A stretch of 64,000 nt of DNA from Mobula hypostoma (taxonomy: Eukaryota). The position numbers and the translations under genes are program-made. The notes below the pieces were generated by a model. It ran no database searches. It had not been told where the DNA came from and saw only the letters and a list, made by a program, of their open reading frames with translations. Positions 1-12,660 of the stretch are shown piece by piece (position 1 is the stretch's first letter; every line of letters starts with the position of its first letter). Location of the stretch: NCBI RefSeq assembly GCF_963921235.1, contig NC_086097.1, forward strand, positions 39,372,001-39,436,000. Reading direction: 5' to 3'.

Positions 1-593
1 GATTGATTTTGAAGAACGATTTATCTGTGTGCGCCTTTCAGAAGTGTACCTTTCATTTATATCCTTCATTTTAGATGAATCGATCACTTTTGCAGGAGAT
101 GGATTTCTTTTCTCATTCTGGCTTTTCTGGATGTTCTGTGATGACATGCTTGATTTTACAGTTCTATTTCTTAATTTGTAAGTATCTTGACATTTTGCTT
201 TTGTGGATCTTAGCTCAGATTTGAATTCAAGGATGCCGTTCTCGCTTGTACCCTGCATTTCAGATGAATTAATTGTATTTACAGTGACCAATTTATTGCC
301 TTTCTGGGCATTTTTCTGAACAGAGTGTACAAGTTCACCTAATTCTACTGTTTTGTTCATTAACGAATAAGGATTGTGAACTGGGCTCAAAACAACAGTT
401 GGGTTTAAGTAATTATGCTTTTTGTTCTTTTTATTTTCAGTATTCAAAGTAATTCCATCTGTTCTTAAAGTGGTTTGACTTGGCAAGTGCTGCTGTGGCT
501 GTTTCCTCAGGCTATATTTCACTGGCTGATTTTTCGATTTTTCTTTTGCACCCTTTGTCCCTTTGGCATTTCTTTCCATCTTTAAAACTTGAT
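1..593 (-). CDS. MIS18BP1: MIS18BP1 coding exon 10 (runs off the left window edge), K/S-rich region
   Basis: Acceptor ttttctcatAG at 595-594; phase 1 matches the preceding exon; reads (N)QVLKMERNAKGTKG...NYLNPTVVLSPV. Confidence 0.8.
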
Positions 594-1632
594 CTATGAG
601 AAAATACATTACAAAATATACCTGTAAACCTGGTATCAAAATAAAGTGAACATCTACTGTAAAGGATGTTAGTCTTTGATATTCCATGAGAAATCTATTG
701 TAATAATAAATGCAATGATATTTTTGCACATTTTCCCCCTAATAACGCACTAGTTTGTTGGTTTTGCTGAGGAAATTTGCAACATCTGGAATTGAGATAT
801 CCCTCCATGGTTTTAACAAAATAAACCAATGTAGTGTACCATTCCAAAAATATGCAACTGAAATGCAGATTACTTTATGTATTTATTGAAGGGCAATACA
901 AACAATATTTGTCTTTTCATTAGGTTAATAACATTTCAGGTAGGGCAAGAATGTTTAACAGCTCATTGAAACTTGACTTACTATTCTATCATTGTCACAA
1001 TGAACACAGAGGTCACTGAGGCAGAAGATTTCAAAATAACAATTTTATGCAGACCTTGCTTATACCACAGCAGGTAACAGATAATCAGCTATATACTGTC
1101 ATGGACTCTAAATTACAATTTCTGAATAAAACATGTACAATGTTTTAAACATCTAAAGCAAAGCATCATCACTTTGAAGGAAAATCAATTTGATTACTTT
1201 ACTGGTAAATGCTCTGATCTGACCAATTGTCTGATATTTGCTGTCCCCAAGTATCTATGGAGCCCTGGTTCATATCAGAAAGATCTTCAGATAGCTCGAA
1301 GAGCATCTATAGTATCTGTTGCCGTACTCTGGTGACGCAAAAGACTGCACTCAAAATAATTCTTAATGCTGAGGAAAAAACTATTATAAATAATACTTCA
1401 CAAAAAATTACTATAATGCAATTAACAAGAAATAATTTAAAAAAGTCAAACCAATTGTGTATTTAAATGGGATTACCTCAACATCATATATCAAAAGCAT
1501 GAAAAATTAGTGGAATTTCCACTAAGTTCTTAAACAGATACCCTGATGTGGTCTTCCATCTGAGTTAGCTCCAAGCTGCTCATTCACACACTGTGCTTTT
1601 CCAATCTGTTCTGAGTAGAGATGGAGGAGGTA

Positions 1633-2814
1633 CAGTGAAACTCCGTTATAACGCGATCGTTTGGGTCCATAAAATGTCATTGCAAAAAAAACGGGGTCGC
1701 GCTAAATCAGGGTTCAAGAACATCAGTGTTCAAACTGACCCAATGTTGACCTAAAACACCCCTATTTTCGCCTTATTTGACCTGTTTTATGCACGTTCAC
1801 CTTCTAGCAAGTAAATTACCTTTGAATTCAAGAATTCCATGAATAACTCGTGTTGTTATTGTAGAAATTAAAACACAAATTAATTTTTAGTAGAGCTTTT
1901 TAATACATAAAACAAATAAAAATATTCAAGAATATTAGCAATCATCATTTACAGTTTATTTCTTAAAAAAGTGATCGAGTATTCCTTACTTGAATGTATC
2001 ATGTTGCTGAACATAGCCATCTTCTTCTAAGATAGTTTTTTGTTCAACTGGGTATTCACTGGCGGCGGCTCTGTCGGCTGAGTGAATTTCTCCTGACACT
2101 AACACCTGAGAAATCCTGTGACGGTGTTTAAGCTGATCTAGCCATCCATTGCTAGCTTTGAATTGTGAGGTTTCTCCGTTGGTCTGCTTGTCAAACTTGA
2201 GCTTTGAGAATAGGACTGGAAATTGGAAGGCCTTCTGAGCGAGCTTGAATGAACCACTTGTACAGGGAGTCATCGAGGCTGACATCTTTGGCTGTCTTCA
2301 GGCTTTTGGATTTTAGTCCTGCTTCTTCAACTTCGCAAAGCGACGCACGTAACTTTTCTTTGTGAGATTTCCAGCCACGAAGTGTTGATTCCGGTATCCC
2401 GAGGTCTCGTGCAACTTGAGTTTGACTTTTAGTCTTGATCGTGTCAAGTGCTTGAAGCTTATCTTTCACAGAAAAAGATTTTCTTTTTCTAGCAGTTCAT
2501 TTCATTTTGAGCAAAAAAAAAGGTCTAATGACTCACACAAAATGCTGGTGGAACGCAGCAGGCCAGGCAGCATCTGGTCGAGACCCCTCGTCAGGACTAA
2601 CGGAAAAAAGAGATGGGGGAGGGAGAGACCTGAAATGATAGGAGAAGACAGGAGGGGGGAGGGATGAAGCCAAGAGCTGGGAAGTTGATTGGCAAAAGGG
2701 ATACAAGACTGGAGAAGGGGGAGTATGGATTGACATGGACATGTAGTCCAATGACTCATCGCGTTATATCCGAATTCGCGTTAAATCAGGGTGCGTAAAA
2801 TCCGGGTTTCACTG
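1633..2814 (-). mobile_element. Tigger/pogo-type DNA transposon, internally deleted, with CENP-B-like HTH transposase remnant
   Basis: TA|CAGTGAAAC...GTTTCACTG|TA termini; ORFs 2191-2469 and 1986-2285 give QVARDLGIPESTLRGW, LYKWFIQARSEGLPIS and FKASNGWLDQLKHRH (HTH-psq / HTH_Tnp_Tc5-like); DDE domain largely missing. Confidence 0.9.
2536..2749 (-). mobile_element. Penelope-like 3'-end fragment inserted in the Tigger element
   Basis: Matches the element end at 35190-35420; flanked by direct repeat AATGACTCA (2527-2535, 2750-2758). Confidence 0.8.
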
Positions 2815-3329
2815 TATCTGTTTAGGTTTGCCCCAAACAGCTAATTAATACAGATGTTGCCAACAGGCTGTCTGCAGGGACAATAAGAAGCCATCAAGAT
2901 GGTGAAGGATGCCCACCGCTTTATCCAGAACTCAGCATTCCACAGCAAAGTGGTGACCATGAATGATTCTGCTTAGTGATTCAGGATGATGTGCTGATGG
3001 ATGCATTTTAATGAGTGAAGTATATTACAAAAAACTTAGGAATTGAACACAGAAGTATTTTGGTATCTGGTTAAGTCACATTCCAAGGCTTACCATCAGG
3101 GAGAGTGTCTTTTACATTGTCACTGCTCTTAAAAGCATTAAAATATAACAAATTCTTAGATTTAAAATAGTTAAAATCATGCGCACCAAATGGATGACCC
3201 CAAATGCAAGTCCAATGGTAAGATTGTCCATTAATATGTGCTCCTTTCCTTTCTCTCCCCCCCACCCCATCTCCCATCTATGTACACTTCTCTCAAACGC
3301 ATCAGTGATATACCTCAACAATATTTTAT

Positions 3330-3525
3330 GACAAAAGTACAAAGTTCTGGAGGAACTCAGCAGGTCAAGCGGCATCTGGACATTTAGCCTGAGTCCCGAT
3401 GAAGGGTCTTGACCCAAAATGTCAACAATCCTTTTGCCTCCACAGATGCTGCCTGACCCATTAAGTTCCTCCAGCAGTTTTATTTTTTGTTTTTGCTCCA
3501 GATTACAGCATCTGTAGTCTTGCGT
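3330..3525. mobile_element. Old short inverted Penelope-like end with degenerate hammerhead
   Basis: ctggaggaactcagcaggtcaagcggcatctg followed by its approximate reverse complement; cccgatgaagggtcttgacccaaaatgtc core is degenerate. Confidence 0.65.
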
Positions 3526-3697
3526 CACCCTTTCCAACAACCTGGGCTCAGTTTCATTAACACAAGGATTTGCAGAGCTTGTTGTCAACAAGAACAATTG
3601 TAGAAGCAAAGAAAAATAAAACAAAAATAAAATTAAATTAAAAATATGAACGAGCATGTAATACAGACATATTTAAAATAAAGTTGCATTTCCTTAC

Positions 3698-3791
3698 TTT
3701 TAGTTTTCCTTCCAATAGGTTCTTCAGTGTGATTTTTTGGTTTTTGATGTTGATTTGAGGTCAAAGGACTTTCAGTTCGGCTATTCTTTTT
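3698..3791 (-). CDS. MIS18BP1: MIS18BP1 coding exon 9
   Basis: AG acceptor 3793-3792, GTAAGG donor at 3697; 94 nt, phase 0 to 1; KKNSRTESPLTSNQHQKPKNHTEEPIGRKTK. Confidence 0.8.
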
Positions 3792-3880
3792 CTGTATCTT
3801 ATTAGTACAAATATAACAAGAACTAAATTACTTCAAAGTCACAAGTACTTGTCTATTTATTACAAAAGACATATACTTAC

Positions 3881-4062
3881 TGTAGTATCAAGATTAGAGG
3901 GAGTCAAATAATTAGTTCCACCCTCAATGACGGTAACGTTCAAGCTATTGTCAGTAACTAATCGCTGTCCCCGCCAATATTCCATTGGTGCTTTAATGCA
4001 ACGGCCACTACGGCTGGTCAACAGGCCCCTCTGTATTGATATGTCCATTGAAATTTTAAGAT
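3881..4062 (-). CDS. MIS18BP1: MIS18BP1 coding exon 8 with CENP-C-like motif
   Basis: AG acceptor 4064-4063, GTAAGT donor at 3880; phase 1 to 0; TSRSGRCIKAPMEYWRGQR followed by VTVIEGGTNYL. Confidence 0.92.
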
Positions 4063-4319
4063 CTATTTAAAAAATTGAAAATAATTTAAATATATTTCAG
4101 AATGAATATCTAAACAATAGTGTTGGAATGTACAAGAGGAAATTAAAAGTTGCACTCTTGGTATGATTATAGCATTAATAAAGAAGACGCCTTCTGCTAC
4201 TGTCTGGATATTGTTAAATAGCAATTCCAGCACTACCGACAAACTCCCTGCCCTACTACGCCTCTGATTTCCTTTTCTAAACAAAAACTTAATTATAAAA
4301 CTTTAATGCTCACATAAAA

Positions 4320-4868
4320 CAGTACTGTGCAAAAGTCATAGGCACATACATACAGCTAGGGTGCCCAAGACTTTTGCGCAATACTGTATTTGACAACGTG
4401 CACCAGACAGTGCGTTTGTAAATTCGGCAGGGGCAAAGGATGTTGGGAATGGTGAGGGTGGAGCACTGCAGGTGGGGTGCAGAACAGGTGGCGGAGAGGG
4501 AGTGTCAGGGGTGGAGGGGTGGCTTGGGTAAAGACTCACCCAACCCTGAGACACCAGGCAAGGTCATTTAATTCCAAATAATTGTTTAATTAATCATTAC
4601 AGAATTTCTCACTGGTGCTTCCTGCTCTCTCCCCGCTTTCTTCCACTTTTCCCAACCATGATTCCCCTTTCCCTGCCCCTTTCCTACTTAGTCCACAAGA
4701 GAGGCCCATATCAGACTAGGTTTGTCATCACGCACATGTGTCACCACATTTGATTTTTTGGGGGCAGCGGTAGTGTAATACATAAAATTACTACAGTACT
4801 GTGCAAAAGTTGTAGGCACCCTAGCTCTATCTATATATGTATATGCCGAAGCCTTTTGCATAGTACTG
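4320..4868. mobile_element. Non-autonomous Tc1/mariner-type element (MITE-like) with palindromic ends
   Basis: CAGTACTGTGCAAAAG...CTTTTGCATAGTACTG|TA; each ~70-bp end is itself bounded by the same inverted repeat. Confidence 0.7.
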
Positions 4869-5163
4869 TAAATAAAAAGGTCTTACGTGTAACAATTTGT
4901 ATTCTCATATAGGACTCAATGGTCATAGAATCAGTCCTACAGCCTGGAATGAGTTCCTTCAGTCCAACTGATCTATGCTGACCAGTGCCTTCCTGTGCTA
5001 GTCCCATTTGCCTATATTTGGTTCCTATACTTCTAAATCTTTCCCATACATATACCTGTCCAAATCTATTTTAAGTGTCGTATTGGAACTTGCCTCTACC
5101 ATTTCCTCTGACAGCTCTTTCCATATACTCACTGCCCTCTCTATTGAAAAACTAACCTCTCTG

Positions 5164-8100
5164 AATCACAATCAAGTTTAATATCACTGGCATATACAAT
5201 GAAAGTTGTTGTTTTATGGCAGTAGTACATTGCAATACATAATTACAAAAATTATAAATTCAGTTAATAAGTATATATAGAAAATAAATTTTAAAAAGTA
5301 GTACGAAAGAGAGGAAAGAATACTGAAGAAGTGTTTATAGGCTCATTGCCCATTCAGAAATCTGATGGCTGAGGGGAAGAAGCTGTTCCTGAAATGCTGA
5401 GTGTGTGTATTTAGGCTCCTGTACCTCCTCCTTAATGGTAGCAATGAAAAGAGGGCTTTGCTGGGTGGTGAGGTCCTTAATGATGGATGCTGTATGTTTG
5501 AGGCATTGCCTATTGAAGATGTCCTGCATGCTGGGTAGGTTAGTGCCCATGATGGAGCTGGCAGGATTTACATCTCTCTGCAGCTTATTGTAATCCTATG
5601 CAGTGGCCCAGTCCTGGGTATGACTCTAACCTGCAACTGGTGATGAGGCTCTGACTGGGGACTTTCAGAGCGTTGGGCAAAGTGGAGTTACCCCTTAGTC
5701 ATTCATTGCTCCCAGGGCCGCTCTGACCCGGAACAATAGCTCCCGCAAAGGCTCCTGCTCAGGATACGAGCAAAGGCCAACGGCAGATCCGGCAGATTCA
5801 GTAACTGAACTTATGACGGAGAAGGTGGATGAGCTAAGACCTCAAATGACAACGGCTATAGTACAGGCGGATGAACATTTGGGAAGAGAAATGGCGATTT
5901 CTTTAGTTCACCCAACGGAAGGCAATAGCAAACCACCGTTGCTAGATACTAGGTTTCCTAGAATCTATTTGCTAAGAAAACCATGGTCAAACTCACAAAA
6001 TGTATCGCACAACAACAGCGGCAAGAAGATCTTCAAGACAATTCTGAAGATGCTTCGCTCGGTAGGGTTGATTCTGGGCAGCAGGGGACCCCCAACTGTC
6101 ATCAAGCTACTGCTCATAAAATTCAAGTAACACAAAAGAAAATTATTGCCACTTGGAATGTAAGAACCCTAGATCAAGCAGGAATATTGGACAATGTGAT
6201 AAATGAAATGGAAAGACTAAAGGTTAACATCATGGGAATTAGCGAAGTTCGTTGGACAGGTGCTGGAACATGTCAGAATAGAAATAAAACACTAATTTAT
6301 TTTTGTGGAACATCTCATACTAATAGAGTAGGAATTCTTATGGATGAAAACATGGCAAAAAGTGTTTTAGGACATTGGGCAATATCAGAAAGAGTGCTCC
6401 TTGTTAGATTCAGAGGACAACCATTTGATTTAGCAATTATATGGTATATGCACCAACAACAAATGGAACAAATAAGGATATAGATAAATTCTACGAAGAG
6501 CTTGAACAAGCAAAGAATGGATGCAAATCTCAAGATATTGTTATTGTCATGGGAGATCTAAATGCTAAAGTGGGACAAGGTGCTGATGGAAATACCATAG
6601 GAAAATTTGGACTAGAGGAAAGAAATGAAAGAGGCAAGAAATGGGTAGAATGGTGCAAGATGAATAATCAGATCATTATGAACATCTACTTTAAAAACCA
6701 TTCAGGACGCTTATGGACCTGGAAAAGTCCAGGTGATAACACCAGAAATCAAATTGACTTTATTACTATAAACCAAAGATTTAGGAACTCAGTGACTCAA
6801 TGCAAAACATATCCAGGTGCAGACTGTAATAGTGACCATAACCCAGTAACATGTCATGTAAAAGTAAAACTTAAAAAACTAAAGAAGCAAAAACCTGAAA
6901 AATCCCTTGACTACTCGCAATTAATTAAAGAAGATAACAACACAAAAATTTACAATTGAAGTAAGGAATTGATTTCAAAGTCTAGAAATAGAATCTGTTG
7001 ATGATGATAGCAATCATGTAAAAATGAAGTTTAACTCTCTAAAGGATGCCTTGGTAGAATCAGCAAAGTCAGTGATTCCTAAAAAAGAAAAAAGCACAAA
7101 GAACAAATGGATGTCAGATGAAATCAAAAATCTAGTGGAAGAAAGGAGACAGAAGAAAGCAAATCCTATAGAATATGATCCTTAGATAAAAAAGTTAAAA
7201 GCTTATGTCAAAAAGCCAAAGAAGAATGGTTAAACCAGGAATGTGAGCAAATAGGAAGAATCCCTATTACTGATCCAAAACGGTTACACCAACAAATCAA
7301 GAATATCACTGGTAAAAAGCTCCTCTGTTCTTCAGGTGGATGTTTGAAAGCAAAGGATGGTACCATTATCATGGAAAAAGATGAGATTATGAACAGATGG
7401 ACTGAGTATATTCAGGAATTGTTTGAAGATGATTGAGGTGAAAAACCAGAAATTAAGAAGAATATTGAAGATCCAAGTATTTTAAAATCTGAAATTCTTA
7501 ATGCAATAAATAAGATGAAGAAAGGAAAGGCAGCAGGTCCTGAGGAATTAGTAATAGAACAAATTATTGCCCTTGAAGATTATGGAATTGAAAAACTTAC
7601 TGATTTAATCAATCACTTTTATAAGACTGGAATAATACCAGAAGAGATGAAAAATCGGTATTTTTAATCAGTATTTACTAATTTTAACTATTTTTAATAT
7701 TTAATATTTGAAATCCAGGGAGTGTGAAGCGCAGAATCAAATATCGCTGTGACGATTGTACTTTCTAGTACCAATTATTTCGTGACAATAAAGTATAAAG
7801 TATTTATCACTCTTCCTAAGAAACCTCGAACAATAGGATGTGAATTACATAGGACCATAAGTTTAACAAGTCATATCATTAAGATACTTTTAAGAATTTT
7901 GATGACAAGAGCTAAAAATAAAACACAAGCTGAAATAGGTAAAGAACAATGTGGTTTTGTGAAAGTCAAAGGTACAAGAAACGCGATATTGATGTTAAGG
8001 ATACTATCAGAAAGAGCTATTCAGGTGCGAAAAGATGTGTTTATTTGTTTTATCAACTACACAAAAGCTTTTGATAAAGTGAAACACAGTAAGTTATTCG

Positions 8101-11100
8101 AAATATTACAGGAAACTCTAGATCTACATTCGAAAGACCTCCACCTAATCAGAAATCTGTACTGGGAACAAACTGCTGCTGAGAATAGATGGAGAAGTGA
8201 GTCAGTTTACGAAAATCAAGAGAGGTGTTCGACAAGAGTGTGTTTTCTCCCCTGATTTGTTTAATGTGTACAGTGAAACAATATTACAAAAAATAAGAGA
8301 CATCTTGGGTATCAAAGTTGGCAATGAAAACATCAATAATTTTAGATATGCAGATGACACTGTGTTAATTGCAAGTACGGAGGAAGAACTACAAAACTTA
8401 ATTGATATAGTTGTTGAAGAAAGTGCAAAAATAGGTCTATCTATCAATTGCAAAAAGAGAGAATGTATGGTGATATCCAGAAAGAAGGAGAATCCTATCT
8501 GCAGGCTGAGAATAAACGGGGAAGACATAAAACAAGTACAGAACATTTGCTACTTTGGGTGACATCAGATGGCAGGTGCGTCATGGACATCAAAAGAAGA
8601 ATAGGGTTGACAAAAGACACCTTTACGAGAATGAAGAGTATACTGACCAACACTAAACTAGGCATGACAACCCGTCTCAGAGCATTGAAAAGTTACATTT
8701 ATCCAGTTATGTTATATGGCTCAGAATGTTGGACAATATCTAGTAACATGAGGAAACAAATTGAAGCAGTGGATATGTGGTTTTTGAGGAGGATGCAAAG
8801 CATATCATGGACGAAATGAATATCTGATGATGATGTCATGAACAGAGCAAGCACAAAAAGAGAAATAATGTATGAGATCATGAAAAGGCAACATAACTTC
8901 ATTGGACATGTGATTAGGAAAGAGGAGTTAGAATGCATAGGTTATGGGAAAGATTGAAGGGAAGAAAGCAAGAGGAAGGCAAAGACAAATGATGATGGAG
9001 ACAGCGACCAGAGAATTGGAAATGAATACCAATAAATTGATCCACTTGACCTGAAACAGGAGTGTGTGGGCCATGGCAGTCAAAGCTCAAACTGGGCACA
9101 GCACCTGATGATGATGATGCAGTGGCCCCTCCATGCCAGATGGTGATGCAACCAGTTAGAATGTTCTCTACAGTACATTTGTAGGAACTTGCGAATGTCT
9201 TTGGTGACATACCGATTCTCCTCAAACTCCTAATGAAACATAGCTGCTGTCAGGTTTTCATTGTAATTGCATCAATATATTTGGCACCAGAATATATTGA
9301 GAGATACTGATACCCAGGAACTTGAAAATGCTCACCCTTTCCATTTCTGATCCCTTGATGAGAACTGATGTGTGTTCCCTCAAGTTGTACTTTCTGAAGA
9401 CCACAATAAATTCCTTGGTTTTATTGATGCTGAGTGCAAGGTTGTTATTGCAACACCACTCAACCAGCTGATCAATCTCCCTCCATTATGCCTCATCACC
9501 ATCTGAAATTCTGCCAACAATGGTTATGTCATTGGCAAATTTGTAGATGGCATTTGAGCTGTACCTCACCACAAAGTCGTGGGGGTACTGAGAATAGAGT
9601 AGTAGGCTAGGCACACATCCTTGGGGTGCGCCAGTGTTGATTATCAGTGGGAGGAGATGTTATTTCTGATGCGCACAAACTGTGGTCTCCCAGTGAGGAA
9701 GTCAAGGATCCAGTTGCAGAGGGAGGTACAGAGGCCCAGGCTTATTGATTAGAACTGAGGGTTGATTGTGTTGAATGCTGAGCTGAAGTCAATAAACAGC
9801 AGCCTGACATAAGCATTACTGTTGTCCAGGTGATTCAAAGTTGAGTGGAGAGCCAGTGAGATTACATCCGCTATTGAACTATTGTGGTGACAGGCAAATT
9901 GCAGCAGATCCAGGTCCTTGCTTAGGCAGGGGTTGATTCTAGTCATGACCAAGCACTCAAGAGTACTTCATCATAGTAGATGTGCGTCCCACTGGGTGAT
10001 AGTCGTTAAGGCAGCTCACCCTGCTTTTCTTGGCAACAGATATGGTTATTGCCCTTTTGAAGCTGGTAGGAACCTCTGACTGAACCAGTGAGAGATTGAA
10101 GATGGCCTTGAACACTCCTGTCAGTTGGTTGGCACAGGTTTTCAGTGTACACCACCAGGGCCTGATACCTTGCGATGGTTTATCCTCTTGAAAGATGTTG
10201 AGACAGAGATCACAACGACACCAGATGCTGCAGGGATTTCATAGATGTAGTTTCATTCTCCCTTTCAAAGCATGCATAAAAGGTGTTGAGCTCACAAGGG
10301 AATGAAACATCACAGCCCTTCAGAATGTTAGGTTTTGCTTTGTAGGAAGTAATGGCCTACAAAAACTGCCAGAGCTGATGTACATCTCATTCTGCCTTTA
10401 ACCTCAATTAGAATTGTTCTTTTTGCTCTTAAAGTATTCTTCTGTAAGTTGTACATGGACTTTTTGTATAGTTCTGGATCACTGGTCTTAAATGCCATAT
10501 ATCTAGCCTTCAGCAGACCACAAATCTCCTGGATCGTCCATGGGTTTTGATTTGGGTTTGTCCGGTATTTTCTTGAAGGCACACACTCATCCACAGGTTT
10601 TGATGAATTCGGTAACAACTGTGGCGTATTCATTCAGACTCAAAGATGAACTCCTGAATATTGTCCAGGCCACCAACTTAGTAGTCCTGTAAGCGCCCCA
10701 CCACTTCCCTTGACCATACCTTCTTGGTCCACACCAGTGGTGTTGTGGTCTTCAGTGTCTGCCTATACGCTGGGAGTAAAAGTTCAGCCAGGTGATCGGA
10801 CTTTCTAAGGTGTGGGTATGGAATGGCACGGTAAGCAATTGTGATGGTGGTATAATAGCATTCAAGTATATTGGGTCCTTTGGTTCCAGAGGTGATTATG
10901 TTGGTGGTAATTGTTCATAGACATCTTCAAGCTGACCTGCTTGAAATTCCCCACAATGAAAGGGTGCACTTTTTTATGCCTGCTGATTATGGATTATGAT
11001 GATTATGCTCCTCCAGTGCCTGTCTGATGCTGGCTTGAGGTGGAACGTACACTACAACCAGGATGATGGCGGAAAACTTCCTTGGCAGATAAAAAGGACG

Positions 11101-11610
11101 ACATTTGACCGGTAGATGTTCCAGGTTGGGAGAGCGGCACTGAAACAGAACTGCCATGTCTGTGCACCATGATAGTTAATTATAAAGCATACTCCATCTC
11201 GTCTGCCTTTAAAAGACTGAGCTGTCCTGTCTTTCTGGTGAATGGCGAAGCCTTTAAGCTGCAGCGCTGTGTCTAAAATGGCTAGGGATAGCCATGTTAC
11301 CATGAAGCAAAGTGCACAGCAGTCCCTGATGTCTCTCTAGTACAGCAATCTTGTCTGATGTCAATTTTATTTTCCAGAGACTGTACATTCGCCAGAAGTA
11401 TAGAGAGGAGTGAGGGCCTAAAGCCTCTGCATTTCAATCTTACTTGAGGCCTAGCACGCTTTCCTTGCTTCCTTATTCTTAAAGGGAAACTGCAGTCTGG
11501 GATCCATCGATTTTGAGTATTGGTAGATTTTTTAAATGCCTTAAAGCAATGCTGCTTACTGAAGTAGCCATGGCTGTGACTGTGGATTTCAGCTGTAGTA
11601 GTCCTGAATG
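5164..11610 (-). mobile_element. Decayed Rex1/Babar-like LINE (endonuclease + RT), interrupted by an RTE element
   Basis: Fragments VTWLS..LQLKGFAIHQKDRT, YVRLLFIDFSSAFNTI, ENILTGCITIWHG; many stops and frameshifts; boundaries approximate. Confidence 0.75.
5610..9116 (+). mobile_element. Near full-length RTE-clade LINE (APE endonuclease + RT), pseudogenised
   Basis: IATWNVRTL, GISEVRW, MGDLNAKVG, DCNSDH, GVRQECVFSPDLFNVY, FRYADD; (GAT)n tail; 12-bp TSD ATGCAGTGGCCC (5598-5609, 9117-9128). Confidence 0.92.
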
Positions 11611-12117
11611 GTCAACTATATAAATCTTTCCTCACTAACCTTAAACCCTTATCTTCTACTTTAGACTATCTGTGAGAGAAAGACTGTGACAGTTGATCTT
11701 ATCTATGCTGCTTGTGATTTTATACCCCTCTATACTGTCATTCCTTGGCCTCTTCTACTGTAGATAAACAGTTCCACCTTACCTATCTCTTCTTATAAGT
11801 CATACCCTCCAATCCTAGCAACAACCTTGTGAATTCCTTGTGAATAGCTTAATCACATCCTTCCTGTAGAAACTGAAGAGAAATGCACACAATATTCCAG
11901 TTGTGCTAACATCTTGTAAAGCTCCTGTTAGAATCTGTATGTTTTGCTCACTTATCGATACCATGCAGATAAACTTTGAAATGAACACACTCTTAAATGG
12001 CAGTCACATCATTCCAACTCTCTTTTGGAAGAACTACAAGCAATATAGGGCTGAAAATAAAATGGCCAAGTTAGATCACAAAGTATTTTAATTAGTTTAT
12101 TATTGTCACATGTGTGT

Positions 12118-12377
12118 TGGCGTGTGGCCAAGTGATTAAGGCGTTCGTCTAGTGATTTGAAGGTCGCTAGTTCGAGCCTTGGCTGAGGCAACGTGCGTGT
12201 CCTTGAGCAAGGCACTTAACCACACATTGCTCTAGGACGACACTGGTGCCAAGCTGTATGGGTCCTAATGCCCTTCCCTTGGATAACATCGGTGGCGTGG
12301 AGAGGGGAGACTTGCAGCATGGGCAACTGCTGGTCTTCTGTACAACCTTGACCAGGCCTACGCCCTGGAAACCTTCA
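12118..12377 (+). mobile_element. tRNA-derived SINE
   Basis: A-box-like TGGCCAAGTGATTAAGG and B-box-like AGTTCGAGCC in a tRNA-like head, followed by a non-tRNA body. Confidence 0.75.
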
Positions 12378-12447
12378 TGAGACCAACGGATGTCACATGT
12401 ATGGGATACAGTGACAATAACAAACTAATTTGCATACCATCTGTACA

Positions 12448-12660
12448 GATCATGCCATCAGGTTGGAGGCTACCCAGATGGAATATGAGGTGCTGTTCCT
12501 CCAACCTGAGTTTGGCCTCATTGTGGCAGTAGAGGAGGCCACGGACAGATATGTCAGAATGGGAATGGAAAGTCAAGTTGTGATAGAGATCCACTGGGAG
12601 ATCCTGCCTTTTGTAGTGGACAGAGCAAAGATGCTCAACAAAGTGCTCCTCCTATCTGTC
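12448..12660 (-). mobile_element. Penelope-like GIY-YIG C-terminal fragment
   Basis: HSHSDISVRGLLYCHNEAKLRLEEQHLIFHLGSLQPDGM, homologous to 35608-35934. Confidence 0.8.

Noticed and set aside
1195..1370. Possible extra MIS18BP1 exon after a good minus-strand acceptor (tttttcctcAG)
   Set aside because: Stops in all three frames, and the flanking exons already join in phase
3112..3657. 181-aa ORF with signal-peptide-like start
   Set aside because: Starts in AT-rich intron sequence and runs through a Penelope repeat; no domain evidence
12118..12195. tRNA gene candidate
   Set aside because: Continues into a SINE body; no convincing acceptor stem or Pol III terminator
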